A model generated the notes under the pieces. That model was not told where the DNA came from and ran no database searches. It saw only the letters and a list, made by a program, of their open reading frames with translations. From Elusimicrobiota bacterium (lineage in GTDB: Bacteria > Elusimicrobiota > Elusimicrobia > UBA1565): a stretch of 64,000 bases of DNA. This document shows, one piece after another, positions 19,045 to 27,951 of the stretch (the stretch's first letter is position 1; each line of letters begins with the position of its first letter). The DNA lies in NCBI GenBank assembly GCA_041660925.1, contig JBAZVI010000003.1, positions 221,832 through 285,831 on the forward strand, written 5' to 3'. A program made the translations under genes and the position numbers.

Positions 19045-21749
19045 GCGCGTTCGGCTCCCCGCAGACGCTCGCGGCCGCGCTCGCGCTCGCCGCGGCTCAG
19101 CTCACGGCGCTCGGGCTCTTCCTGCGGCGGCTGCGCACACGCGCCGCGCCGGGTGCGGGGGCGCCGCCGTCGGCGGCCGTCATCGTCCCCTGCGCCGGAC
19201 CGGTCGCGGACCTCGAGGGAGCCGTGCGCTCCTACCTCGCGCAGGACTATCCCGGTCGCGTGGAGTTCCTCTTCGTGACCCCGTCGGCCTCCGACCCGTC
19301 CCACGCGGCGCTCGAGCGCCTCCTCGCGGGGGAGCCGCGGGCGCGGCTCCTCGCCTCCGAGGTCTTCCCGACGCGCTGCAGCGGCAAGTGCGCCGACCTC
19401 GCGTTCGCGGTGCGCTCGGCGGGCTCCTGCGAGCTCCTCGTCTTCGCGGACGCCGACCAGCGGGTCCCGCGCGGCTGGTTGCGCGCGCTGACGGCCCCGC
19501 TCGCCGACGCGTCGGTCGCCGCGGCCACGAGCGCCGCGCTCCCCGTGCCGCGCGCCGCGGCCCCGGCCTCCTGGCTCCACGCGGCGTGGCAGGGCTTCGG
19601 GCTCCCGTACCTCGCGCTCTCGGGGAGCGTCTGCGGGCAGTCGCTCGCGCTGCGGCGCGCGGACTTCGAGTCCTGGGGCGTCGCGGAGCTCTGGGAGCGC
19701 AGCTTCTCCGACGACCTGTCTCTGAGCGTCCTTCTCGCGCGCAGGGGCGCGCGTGTCCGCTTCGTCGGCGAGGCCATGCCCGAGGGCGGCTCGCCGTCGT
19801 CGCTCGCGGGGGTCTTCGCGCTGACCTCGCGCTGGTTCTTCACCTTCCGCGTCTATCGTCCGGGCGTCTGGGGAATGGGGCTCGCGCTCGTCTTCGCGAA
19901 GCTCTGGCTGCTCGCCTGGGCGCTCGGCGCCCCGGTCTCCTGGGGCCTGCTGTCGCTGCTCTGCGCCTCCGACGCGGTCGCGGCGCTGTTCCTGGCCGCA
20001 CCGGTCGGGAAGGGCTCCGCCGCTCGGGCCGCGCTCGCGCTCCTGTCCGCGGCGGCGGCGGTCCCCCTCATCCTGCTCCAGGCGGCGGGGCTCGCGTCCT
20101 CCGCGCTGCGCGTCGAGGTCCGCTGGGGGACGCGCCGCTATCGCGTACTGGGTCCCGCCGACGTCTGCGTGCTCGAGGGGCCTCCCTTCGTCTCCCCGGA
20201 GCTCCGTGCCGTCCTCGGGGGCGCCGCCGCCGCGGCGTCCTATCTCTTCCCCGCCCTCGGCGTTCTGGGCTTCTTCTGCTACGTCCCGCTGCTCGCCTTC
20301 GCGCGCGAGGGTCCGCCGCGGCGGGCGTTCCTCCTCGGCTGGCTCTACGGGCTCTCCATGTGGGGGTTCGGGCTGCTCTGGTTCGTCGAGACGCTCCGGC
20401 GCTTCCTCTCGATGGGCGCGTTCGAAGCCGCGCTCCTTCTGCTCCCCTGCGCCCTCTATCACGGCCTCCTGCCCGCCCTCGTCTGCGCACTGCTCGCGTC
20501 CCAGCCGCTCCGGCTTCGCGCGCGCGCGGCCCTCTTCGTCCCCGCCGCTGCGGCGCTCTGGGCCTGCGCGGAGGCGCTCTTCCCGACCCTCTTCCCTTAT
20601 TCCGTGGGCGCGAGCGCGGCCTCGCACCTCCCGTTCGCGCAGGCGCTGGAGTTCGTCGGCCTCGGGGGCCTCTGCGCGGCCGTGCTCCTCGTCAACGGGC
20701 TCGTCCTGTCGGGGCTCGAGGCCTTCGGCCGGCGCGAACGGCGAGCCGCCGCCGCGGCCCTTTGCGTCGCGCTGACGCTCGCCGCCGCGCTCGAGGCGTC
20801 GGGCCGCGCCCGGATGGCGCGCATCGACGCGCGCGTCTTTGCCGCGCTCGCGCGCGGCGAGGGCTTGCGGGTCGTCGCCGTCCAGGGCGCGTTCCCGGGC
20901 GGGTGGCGGCTGCGCGACGGGCGCCGCTCCCCCGAGCGATTCGAGGCCTATCGGGACTCGACCGCGGGGCTGCGCGGACGCGGCGGCGCCGACCTCGTCG
21001 TCTGGCCGGAGTATTCCTACCCGGGCGTCGTCTCCTACGCGTCGCCGGCGGACCCTTCGGGCGCGAGGCTCGACGGCCCGGAGGCGGCCGCGCTGATGAG
21101 CCTCCTGCCGCGGGGCGCCGACCTTCTGCTCAGCAGCGAGGCGCGCCGCGCAGGGAGCCGCGGCGTCGCCGCGTTCCTCCTCGGACCTTCCGGGAGCGTG
21201 CTCGGCGTCTCCGAGAAGTCCCGGCTCGTCCCCTTCGGAGAGTATCTCCCGGTCCCGGGTCTCGACGCCCTGATGGCGCGCCTGAGCCCCCGCACCGAGC
21301 GCATGTCGGTCGGGCGGCCCGGGCTGCTGCGCACGCGCGCCGGAGTCCGCGTAGGCACGCTCATCTGCTACGAGGACCTCTCCCCGCCGGCGGCGCGGGA
21401 GCTCGCCGCGGCCGGGGCCGAGCTCTTCGCCAGCGTCGGCAGCGACGCGTGGTTCGTCCCCGCGGCGGCGCGCCTGCATCTGCGGCAGTCCGTCCTGCGC
21501 GCGGTGGAGAACCGGCGCTTCCTCGTGCGTGCGCTCGACGACGGCTGCAGCGCCGTCGTGGATCCCGTCGGGCGGGTCCTGGTCGGGTTCTCTCCGGAGG
21601 AGGCCGGCGCGCTCGGGCGGGAGGTCGCGCGTTCGAGCGGGGCGACGTGGTACGCCCGCGCCGCCGGCGCGTTCGGCCGGCGGCCGGCCGTCCTGGTCGT
21701 GCTCCTCTTCGTCCTGGCCGTTCTGGCTCCGCGCCGCCCGGAGCATTGA
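19041..21749 (+). CDS. Fusion protein: GT21-like (ceramide-glucosyltransferase/HpnI-like) GT2 glycosyltransferase domain + complete apolipoprotein N-acyltransferase (Lnt: polytopic membrane domain + CN-hydrolase domain + C-terminal TM)
   Basis: GTG start at 19041 overlapping the upstream stop. GT motifs VIVPCAG..QDYP..SDPS..SGKCADL..FADADQ. Lnt CN-hydrolase motifs VVWPEYSYPG..LICYEDLSPP..ELFASVGSDAWF. The ORF upstream of 19041 and the two giant overlapping ORFs (18903..22103 minus; 19388..21787 plus) are R-rich junk. Confidence 0.7.
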   Translation: MSAFGSPQTLAAALALAAAQLTALGLFLRRLRTRAAPGAGAPPSAAVIVPCAGPVADLEGAVRSYLAQDYPGRVEFLFVTPSASDPSHAALERLLAGEPRARLLASEVFPTRCSGKCADLAFAVRSAGSCELLVFADADQRVPRGWLRALTAPLADASVAAATSAALPVPRAAAPASWLHAAWQGFGLPYLALSGSVCGQSLALRRADFESWGVAELWERSFSDDLSLSVLLARRGARVRFVGEAMPEGGSPSSLAGVFALTSRWFFTFRVYRPGVWGMGLALVFAKLWLLAWALGAPVSWGLLSLLCASDAVAALFLAAPVGKGSAARAALALLSAAAAVPLILLQAAGLASSALRVEVRWGTRRYRVLGPADVCVLEGPPFVSPELRAVLGGAAAAASYLFPALGVLGFFCYVPLLAFAREGPPRRAFLLGWLYGLSMWGFGLLWFVETLRRFLSMGAFEAALLLLPCALYHGLLPALVCALLASQPLRLRARAALFVPAAAALWACAEALFPTLFPYSVGASAASHLPFAQALEFVGLGGLCAAVLLVNGLVLSGLEAFGRRERRAAAAALCVALTLAAALEASGRARMARIDARVFAALARGEGLRVVAVQGAFPGGWRLRDGRRSPERFEAYRDSTAGLRGRGGADLVVWPEYSYPGVVSYASPADPSGARLDGPEAAALMSLLPRGADLLLSSEARRAGSRGVAAFLLGPSGSVLGVSEKSRLVPFGEYLPVPGLDALMARLSPRTERMSVGRPGLLRTRAGVRVGTLICYEDLSPPAARELAAAGAELFASVGSDAWFVPAAARLHLRQSVLRAVENRRFLVRALDDGCSAVVDPVGRVLVGFSPEEAGALGREVARSSGATWYARAAGAFGRRPAVLVVLLFVLAVLAPRRPEH

Positions 21750-21783
21750 CACCGATGGACGGCGCTGGTAAACTTCAACTGCG

Positions 21784-22689
21784 ATGAACGAGGATCCGAC
21801 GCGCGAGCCGCCGCCGGAGGAGCGCCGGCAGAGCAGCTTCCTCATGTGGCTGATGCTGCTCCCGCTCGTCGGGACGCTCGGCGTCGGCGTGTGGCTCGTC
21901 AGCCGGCCCGGGCCCGAAGGACAGGGCGACAGCTTCAACGCCTTCAACCTCTCCGAAGTCCCGAAGGACTCCCAGCCGAAGGTCCCGACCGGCGGCCCTT
22001 TCTCCGCACCGATGCCTTCGCCGAAAGACGCCGCCCCCGCCGCTCCCGGCGGACCGGGACTCTCCGGCTTCGTGCCCGAGTCCGATCCGCTCTTCACGGC
22101 CAAGGGCGGGGCGAAGGGCCCGCAGACGACCTCGCAGCGCGAGCAGGATTTCCTGAAGAAGAACGACGCAGCCCTGCGCGACTACCAGAACCGCGTCCTC
22201 GGCCCCCTCGCCGCCAGATACTTCAAAAAGTCCGCCGTCGTGCGCGAGGTGGACGCGGCGTTCGGCAAGCTCGGCCGCTACATGGACGCCTGCGCCCAGT
22301 ATCAGAAGGACCGGGATCCCTACAAGTGGGCGCGCAGCGTCGCGGGGATGCCCGAGGTGCGTCAGACCGTGGTCAAATATGCCCTGCGTCCGGACGTGTG
22401 GAAGGTCGCGGTCGGCATGAGCATGGAGGCCATGAAGAGCCCTCCGCCGAAGGCCATCAACGACGAGTTCACGCGCTTCCTGAGCTCGGATAAGGCGGTC
22501 GGCAGCGCCCTCTCGGAGGTCACCCAGCAGATCATGCCGAACATGACGGCCCTCATGAAGCAGGGCATCCCGCCCGGCCTCGACATCAGCCCCCTGACGA
22601 AGCTCACGGGCGCCATCGTCCCCGGTGGAGCTCCTCCCCAAACGCAGACGAGCCCCGCCCCTCCTCGCGGAGGGACGGGGCGTCGTTGA
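21784..22689 (+). CDS. Hypothetical membrane-anchored protein (N-terminal TM, Pro-rich linker, globular C-terminus)
   Basis: Protein-like composition (K/Q/N/F/Y/M); one TM helix WLMLLPLVGTLGVGVWLV. Confidence 0.55.
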   Translation: MNEDPTREPPPEERRQSSFLMWLMLLPLVGTLGVGVWLVSRPGPEGQGDSFNAFNLSEVPKDSQPKVPTGGPFSAPMPSPKDAAPAAPGGPGLSGFVPESDPLFTAKGGAKGPQTTSQREQDFLKKNDAALRDYQNRVLGPLAARYFKKSAVVREVDAAFGKLGRYMDACAQYQKDRDPYKWARSVAGMPEVRQTVVKYALRPDVWKVAVGMSMEAMKSPPPKAINDEFTRFLSSDKAVGSALSEVTQQIMPNMTALMKQGIPPGLDISPLTKLTGAIVPGGAPPQTQTSPAPPRGGTGRR

Positions 22690-22711
22690 GCGGCGCTTCC
22701 GGCTCGAGCGC

Positions 22712-23005
22712 CTAGTTGCTGCTGCCGCTGCCGCCGCAGCACCCGCTCGACTTGCTGGCGTTGTCGGCTTCGTTCTGCAGCTGCTGCTTCTCGGACGAGA
22801 AGTTGTTCTGGGCCTGCTTGTAGCCGGCCTGATAGCCGCTGTCGTAGCTGTTCTGCGACGTCGCGCTGTTCGACGCGGTGGCGGCGGTCGCCTTGCTCGC
22901 CGTCGGCGTGTCCTGCGCGCCGGTGCGCGAGACGGCCAGCGCTCCGAGGGTCGCCAGGGTGAGGGCGGCCACGGCGATCTTGATCTTCAGGATTCTCGCG
23001 TTCAT
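22712..23005 (-). CDS. Small secreted low-complexity protein ending in ..SSGCCGGSGSSN
   Basis: Signal peptide MNARILKIKIAVAALTLATLGALA; RBS GAGAGGA before the ATG; TATAAT -10 on the minus strand about 45 nt upstream. Confidence 0.5.
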   Translation of the reverse strand: MNARILKIKIAVAALTLATLGALAVSRTGAQDTPTASKATAATASNSATSQNSYDSGYQAGYKQAQNNFSSEKQQLQNEADNASKSSGCCGGSGSSN

Positions 23006-23120
23006 ATCATCCTCTCTCGTGGGCGGCTACTTGCCGCGCCGATACCCGATTATAGCCGAAAACGTCTCGCTCATGCATAGGGTAAGGACTTAGGACCCCC
23101 TTCCACAAGGGACTAAAGTC

Positions 23121-23939
23121 CTATTTTTTCTGGGCCCCCCCTTCGGGGAGGGCTCCGGCGGGGACGCTCGGGAGTCCCGTCATGGACGGCAGGCGCACGC
23201 CCTTCAGGCAGAGGGTCACGACGGCGGCGTCGAAGAACATCCCGAAGAGGATCCCGGTGGCCAGGCCGTCGGGGGAGGAGCGCTGGGTGTAGTAGCTCCA
23301 GCAGCCGTTGGTCGTCCCCCAGAGGTCGGCGAAGAACACCAGGACGAGACCGGTCGCGAGCGTCCAGAAGTCCTCCGCGGAGCTCCGCGCCAGGAGCGCC
23401 CAGGCCAGCAGGGCGAGCAACAGCGCGTCGGCGGGGTCGGCCGAGACCGAGAAGACGAAGATCCCGAAGACGAGGAGGAAGAGTCCCGAGAGGATGCGGT
23501 AGCCGCGGTGCTGGGCCTCCTCGGAGAGGAACCTTCCCAGGCGCCCGCGCGCGGCCCGCGCGAGCCGGTCGATCACCAGCGTCCCCGCCGTCCAGGCGGG
23601 CACGATCCAGAGCGGCGGGGTCTCGCGCGTGTAGTAGACCCAGAGCCCGCCGCGCGTCCCCCAGGTCTCGGCCAGATAGCCGGCCAGCGTGGCGGCCAGC
23701 GCGGCCGGGAGGTCGCGCCGCGGCTCGAAGTCCGCGGCGAGCGCGCGCAGCACGAGGGCGAAGATCCCTGCGAGCAGGGCGATCTCGGCGAGGACTTTGG
23801 TCCGCGCGGCTCCGCCCTTTCCAAGCTGGACGAGCGTCACGCGGGCGGCCTCGGCGACGAGGTCGTGGCGCCAGAGGGCGATGAGGAGGATGAGCGCGGC
23901 GAAGGCGGCTGCGAGGGCCCGCTCGCGCGTGAGCTTCAC
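23121..23939 (-). CDS. Hypothetical polytopic membrane protein with a two-fold internal repeat (WVYYTRE / WSYYTQR modules), co-transcribed with lgt
   Basis: GTG start overlapping the lgt stop (GTGA); hydrophobic helices; the long N-terminal part of ORF 23121..25226 is junk. Confidence 0.5.
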   Translation of the reverse strand: MKLTRERALAAAFAALILLIALWRHDLVAEAARVTLVQLGKGGAARTKVLAEIALLAGIFALVLRALAADFEPRRDLPAALAATLAGYLAETWGTRGGLWVYYTRETPPLWIVPAWTAGTLVIDRLARAARGRLGRFLSEEAQHRGYRILSGLFLLVFGIFVFSVSADPADALLLALLAWALLARSSAEDFWTLATGLVLVFFADLWGTTNGCWSYYTQRSSPDGLATGILFGMFFDAAVVTLCLKGVRLPSMTGLPSVPAGALPEGGAQKK

Positions 23940-24718
23940 CGTGCGGACTTCCAGCGGCGCGCGAGGAGCGCGGCGGCCGCGAGCGTCGCCAGCGAGGACC
24001 ACTGCGAGGTGGTCAGGCCGGATGCGTCGAGGATCCCTCCCTCCCCCCCGCGCGTGAAGTCGAGCACGAAGCGCAGGACCGCGTAGAGCGCGGCGCTCGC
24101 GCAGAAGAGGGCGCCCGGGAAGAGGGTTCCGCGACGGAGCGCCGGCGTCAGGCGCAGGTGCAGGAAGAGGAATATCCCCAGCGCGCCCGCCGCCTCGTAG
24201 AGCTGGCTCGGGTGCAGCGGGACGCCGAGCAGGCGGTCGGGCACCGCGCAGCGCGGGTCGTGGAAGACGAGGGCCCAGGGCAGGTCCGTCGGTCGGCCGT
24301 GGCAGCAGCCGTTGAGGGTGCAGCCCAGGCGCATCAGCGCGAGCCCGAGCGGGGCGGCGGTCCCGAACATGTCGGCGACGCCGCGGAAGTCGACGCGTCG
24401 GCGCAGGCAGTAGAGCCCGGCGAGCGCGAAGGCGCCCCAGAAGCTGCCGTAGAAGGCCCCGCCCGGGAAGGCCCGGCGGCGGGTCATGAAGCGGAGGTTG
24501 TGCTCGAGGCCCCCGCCATAGAGGAAGAGGTAGGCGAGCGCCGCGCCGAGCATCGTGCCCAGCGCCAGGCGGAGGATGAGCCCCCAGAAATCCTCCTCGG
24601 AGAGGGCCGCGGGGCGGTTGCGCGCGCAGTAGAAGTAGGCGAGCAGGCCGCTCAAGCCCGCGAAGACGGGGGCGGAGAGGACCTGCCAGCCGCCGAAGGC
24701 GAGGAGGATCGGTCGCAT
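23936..24718 (-). CDS. lgt: Prolipoprotein diacylglyceryl transferase
   Basis: Lgt signature HPSQLYEA, polytopic membrane protein, 260 aa. Confidence 0.85.
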   Translation of the reverse strand: MRPILLAFGGWQVLSAPVFAGLSGLLAYFYCARNRPAALSEEDFWGLILRLALGTMLGAALAYLFLYGGGLEHNLRFMTRRRAFPGGAFYGSFWGAFALAGLYCLRRRVDFRGVADMFGTAAPLGLALMRLGCTLNGCCHGRPTDLPWALVFHDPRCAVPDRLLGVPLHPSQLYEAAGALGIFLFLHLRLTPALRRGTLFPGALFCASAALYAVLRFVLDFTRGGEGGILDASGLTTSQWSSLATLAAAALLARRWKSAR

Positions 24719-24785
24719 GCGGGCCTATTCTACAACAAGGCGCCTCTCCCGACGCCTCAAAACATGCGACAATCCCCCCGTGGAT

Positions 24786-24812
24786 GGAACTTTTTCGCCC
24801 CCTCGCCCGTAA
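24786..24812 (+). promoter_or_regulatory. Putative ECF-type promoter GGAAC-N17-CGTAAC upstream of the ECF sigma operon (possible autoregulation)
   Basis: tggatGGAACtttttcgccccctcgccCGTaacc read in the sequence, about 20 nt before the GTG start at 24831; it fits the AAC-N16/17-CGT class of ECF promoters. Confidence 0.4.
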
Positions 24813-24830
24813 CCGGGGGGCGGAGGGCGA

Positions 24831-25382
24831 GTGGATCAGGCTGGGTGCGAGCGCTACGAGCAGTTCGTCCGGAGCCACGGCGAGAGGGCGTTCCGCTTCG
24901 CCTACCGGCTCGCGGGCGACGCGGAGGAGGCGAAGGAGGTCGTGCAGGACGCCTTCTTCCGTCTGTTCCGCACCTGGGAGTGCTACGACCCCTCCCAGCC
25001 GCTCGAGGCCTGGTTCACGGTCATCCTGCGCAACGTTTTTCTCGACGGCCGCCGGCGCTACGAGCGGCGGCACACCGTCCCGCTCGACGAGGGACCGCGG
25101 GACGGGGAGGAGGAGGGCCGGACGCGGGCCCTCGGGGACGGGGAGCCGCCGCTGCTCGAGGTCCTCGAGCGCGAGGAGGTCTCCGCCCGGGTGCGAGCGG
25201 CGCTCGAGCGGCTGGAGTACGACCACCGAACGGTGCTCACGCTCTGCGACATGGAAGGGTGCAGCTATGAGGAGATCTCGCGGGTCGTGGACGTCCCGGT
25301 GGGCACGGTGCGCTCGCGGCTCAGCCGCGCCCGCGAAGCCCTGCGCCGCGAGCTGCTCTCGGAGGAGGGAGTGACGGCATGA
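24831..25382 (+). CDS. ECF-subfamily RNA polymerase sigma-70 factor
   Basis: Regions 2 and 4 are recognisable (..FRLAYRLAGDAEEAKEVVQDAFFRLF.. and ..LCDMEGCSYEEISRVVDVPVGTVRSRLSRAR); GTG start. Confidence 0.85.
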   Translation: MDQAGCERYEQFVRSHGERAFRFAYRLAGDAEEAKEVVQDAFFRLFRTWECYDPSQPLEAWFTVILRNVFLDGRRRYERRHTVPLDEGPRDGEEEGRTRALGDGEPPLLEVLEREEVSARVRAALERLEYDHRTVLTLCDMEGCSYEEISRVVDVPVGTVRSRLSRAREALRRELLSEEGVTA

Positions 25383-25846
25383 ACTGCATCGAGCGTGAAG
25401 TCCTCTCGGCGTACGCGGACGGGGAGTGCGTCTCCTCCGAGCGCGAGACCGTCGAGAAGCACCTCCCCGCCTGCGCGGACTGCCGCGCCCGGCTCGCCGA
25501 GCTGCGCGCGCTGAAGGGCGCCGTGGCCTCCGCGTTCCCCTCGCCCTCCCTCTCTCCCGCGCTCGCCCGCGCGCTCCTCGAGCCGGGAGCGCGCCGCCGC
25601 GGCTGGGGCGAGGCCCTCCGCGCGCTGCGCGAGAGCCTCCTGCGGCCCGCGGCCGGCTTCGCCTTCGCGGCGGCGGCGCTCGCGCTCGGCGTATGGTTCA
25701 CCCGCGTCGACGAGCCTCTCGGGGCGCCCGAGCTCCCCGTGGAGCTGCTGCTCTGCGCGCATGAGGATTACGCCCGCACCCTCCCCCTCGCCGCGCGCGA
25801 GGCCGCTCCGCTCTCCGCGGACGACGACGAGGCGGCCGATGATTAG
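25379..25846 (+). CDS. Anti-sigma factor with zinc-finger motif (HLPACADC = HxxxCxxC) and one TM helix
   Basis: Position immediately after the ECF sigma with an ATGA overlap, plus the H-x3-C-x2-C motif. Confidence 0.7.
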   Translation: MNCIEREVLSAYADGECVSSERETVEKHLPACADCRARLAELRALKGAVASAFPSPSLSPALARALLEPGARRRGWGEALRALRESLLRPAAGFAFAAAALALGVWFTRVDEPLGAPELPVELLLCAHEDYARTLPLAAREAAPLSADDDEAADD

Positions 25847-26900
25847 GACCCGCGTCCTTCTTTCCGCGCTCCTCGCCGCCGCTCCGACGGCGGCGCTCGC
25901 CGGGCCGCGCGCCGCGGCCGCGGCGAAGCCCGAGGCCGCCGCCGAGACGCTTCTGCGCGCGACCCTCGCACCGCCGCGGCGGGCCTGGGACGGCGAGCTC
26001 GTCGTCGAGAACCGCGCCGGAGGCGTCGTGGAGCGTCGGACGGTGAAGGCCCTCTTCTCCCCTCCGGACCTGCGGCGGCGCGAGGCGCTCTACCCGGACG
26101 GCCGCGTGCGCCTGCTCATCGTCTCCGACGGCCGGGTGGAGTGGGTCTACGACGCCGCGCGCGGGCTCGCGCTCAAGGGCGAGCCCGCCGACCCTGACGT
26201 CAAGCTCCTCGACCCCGACGAGGAGCTCGAGCTCCTGCTGCGCAGCCACGAGCTCCGGGAAGGGGACGGAGAGCGCGTCGCCGGACGCGAAGCGCGCGTC
26301 CTCGAGCTCTTCCGCCGCGCCGACGGGAAGCTCTCCCTGCGCCTGTGGGTGGACGCGCGCGAGGGTCTCGTGCTCAAGCGCGAGGCCTACGGCGCGGACG
26401 GCGAGCCGCCGCTCGTCTCCGAGTTCCGCGCGGTCGTCTTCTCCAGCGCCATCGCCCCGGCGGCCTTCTCCTTCGTCCCCCCCCGGGGGGTGCGCGCGCG
26501 CGAACGCCGCTGGCGCGGCGATTTCCTCGACCTCGAGGAGGCTGAGGCTCAGGCCGGGATGCCGCTCATGCTTCCGCGGCGTCTGCCGGAAGGTTTCGTC
26601 CTGGAGAGCGTGAACGTCCTCCCCTACAAGGGAGCTTCGATCCTCCATGCCCGCTTCACCGACGGGGTCGGCCTGCTCTCTCTCTTCCAATACCCGCGCA
26701 CGGCGCGCCTGCGCCTCGGCTGGGGGAAGCTCGGCCGTCCGAAGAGCGTGCGCGTAGGGGTCTCCCCCGGGCGCATGGCGGCGACCGGGGACGGGAAGAT
26801 CCTCGACTGGAAGGGGGCGCGCTTCCGCTTCGTGCTCATCGGCCCGGGCTCGGCCGAGGCCCTGCGCCGGGTCGCCGAGTCGATCGAGGAGGTCCCATGA
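25839..26900 (+). CDS. Periplasmic MucB/RseB-like or LolA-fold protein (sigma-regulon accessory)
   Basis: Signal peptide MIRTRVLLSALLAAAPTAALA; start overlaps the anti-sigma stop. Family assignment rests on operon position and size only. Confidence 0.5.
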   Translation: MIRTRVLLSALLAAAPTAALAGPRAAAAAKPEAAAETLLRATLAPPRRAWDGELVVENRAGGVVERRTVKALFSPPDLRRREALYPDGRVRLLIVSDGRVEWVYDAARGLALKGEPADPDVKLLDPDEELELLLRSHELREGDGERVAGREARVLELFRRADGKLSLRLWVDAREGLVLKREAYGADGEPPLVSEFRAVVFSSAIAPAAFSFVPPRGVRARERRWRGDFLDLEEAEAQAGMPLMLPRRLPEGFVLESVNVLPYKGASILHARFTDGVGLLSLFQYPRTARLRLGWGKLGRPKSVRVGVSPGRMAATGDGKILDWKGARFRFVLIGPGSAEALRRVAESIEEVP

Positions 26901-27268
26901 AGGCCGCGCTCGCGCTCATCCTCCTTCTTGTCCCGGTCATGAGCCGCGCCGAGAGCTTCGTCGGGGTCTCCGCGTCGACCGTCCCCGCCGCCGCTCGGCC
27001 ATCCGCTCTCGACTCCGCATCGGATCCGCGGATCGCGAAGGTGAAGGCCGAGATCCGGGAGACCTTGCTCGAGGTGCGCCGCGCGCGCTATGCTCTGCGC
27101 AAGGCGGAGGGCGCGCGCGACCCCGCGGCGGTCGAGGCGGCACGCGCGCGGCTCGACGAGGCGAAAGCGGGGCTCAAAGCGCTCCGCACGAAGCTGCGCG
27201 AGCTGCTCGCGCCCGGCGGCGCGGGGAAGGCGAAGAAGAGTCGGAAGGCGGGAGGCGCCTCGCGATGA
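26897..27268 (+). CDS. Small periplasmic alpha-helical protein (signal peptide + coiled-coil, CpxP/Spy-like architecture)
   Basis: ATGA overlap with the upstream gene; signal peptide; K/E/R-rich helices. Confidence 0.45.
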   Translation: MKAALALILLLVPVMSRAESFVGVSASTVPAAARPSALDSASDPRIAKVKAEIRETLLEVRRARYALRKAEGARDPAAVEAARARLDEAKAGLKALRTKLRELLAPGGAGKAKKSRKAGGASR

Positions 27269-27951
27269 CCCGCATCGCGGACCTGCATCCCTGCGAGCGG
27301 CCCCGCGAGCGCCTGGCGGCGCGGGGCGCGGCGGCCCTCGGCGACGACGAGCTTCTGGCCCTGGCCCTGCGCACGGGCAACGCCGGCCGCGGCGTCCTGG
27401 ACCTCGCTCGGGACCTGCTGGCCGCGCATCCGGACGGCGCGCTCGGACGACTGGGCTACGAGCGGCTCGCGGAGCTCGAGGGCCTCGGCACAGGGAGGGC
27501 GGCCGCGCTCGCCGCCTCCTTCGAGCTGGCCCGGCGCTGGCGGACCCCGGAGGAGCGCGCGCTCCCCCGCGTGGATTCCCCGGCGCGGGTGTGGGAGCGC
27601 CTGGAGCCGCTGCGCGCGCAGCGCAAGGAGCATTTCGTGGGACTCTATCTCGACGCCTGCAACGGCCTCCTCTACCAGGAGACCGTCTCCATCGGCACGC
27701 TCACGGCGAGTCTCGTGCATCCGCGCGAGGTCTTCGTGCCGGCCGTGGAGCGCTCGGCGGCCGGGGTCATCGTCGCGCACAACCACCCTTCCGGCGACCT
27801 GCGGCCCTCCCATGAGGACCGGGAGACGACGCGGCGCCTCTCTTCCGCCGGGCGCATCCTCGGCATCCCTCTCCTCGATCACGTCCTGGTCACCGCGGGC
27901 GGCTGGCTGAGCTTCCGGGAGCAGGGTCTCCTCGGGGGGAGCCCGGCATGA
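27265..27951 (+). CDS. radC: RadC-family JAB-domain protein
   Basis: HNHPSG motif and an N-terminal HhH-like region; ATGA overlaps with the genes on both sides. Confidence 0.85.
   Translation: MTRIADLHPCERPRERLAARGAAALGDDELLALALRTGNAGRGVLDLARDLLAAHPDGALGRLGYERLAELEGLGTGRAAALAASFELARRWRTPEERALPRVDSPARVWERLEPLRAQRKEHFVGLYLDACNGLLYQETVSIGTLTASLVHPREVFVPAVERSAAGVIVAHNHPSGDLRPSHEDRETTRRLSSAGRILGIPLLDHVLVTAGGWLSFREQGLLGGSPA

Noticed and set aside
18903-22103. 1066-aa minus ORF and 799-aa plus ORF (19388..21787) overlapping the GT21-Lnt gene
   Set aside because: Extreme R/G/A/P/E composition, no motifs; the alternative frame carries clear GT and Lnt signatures
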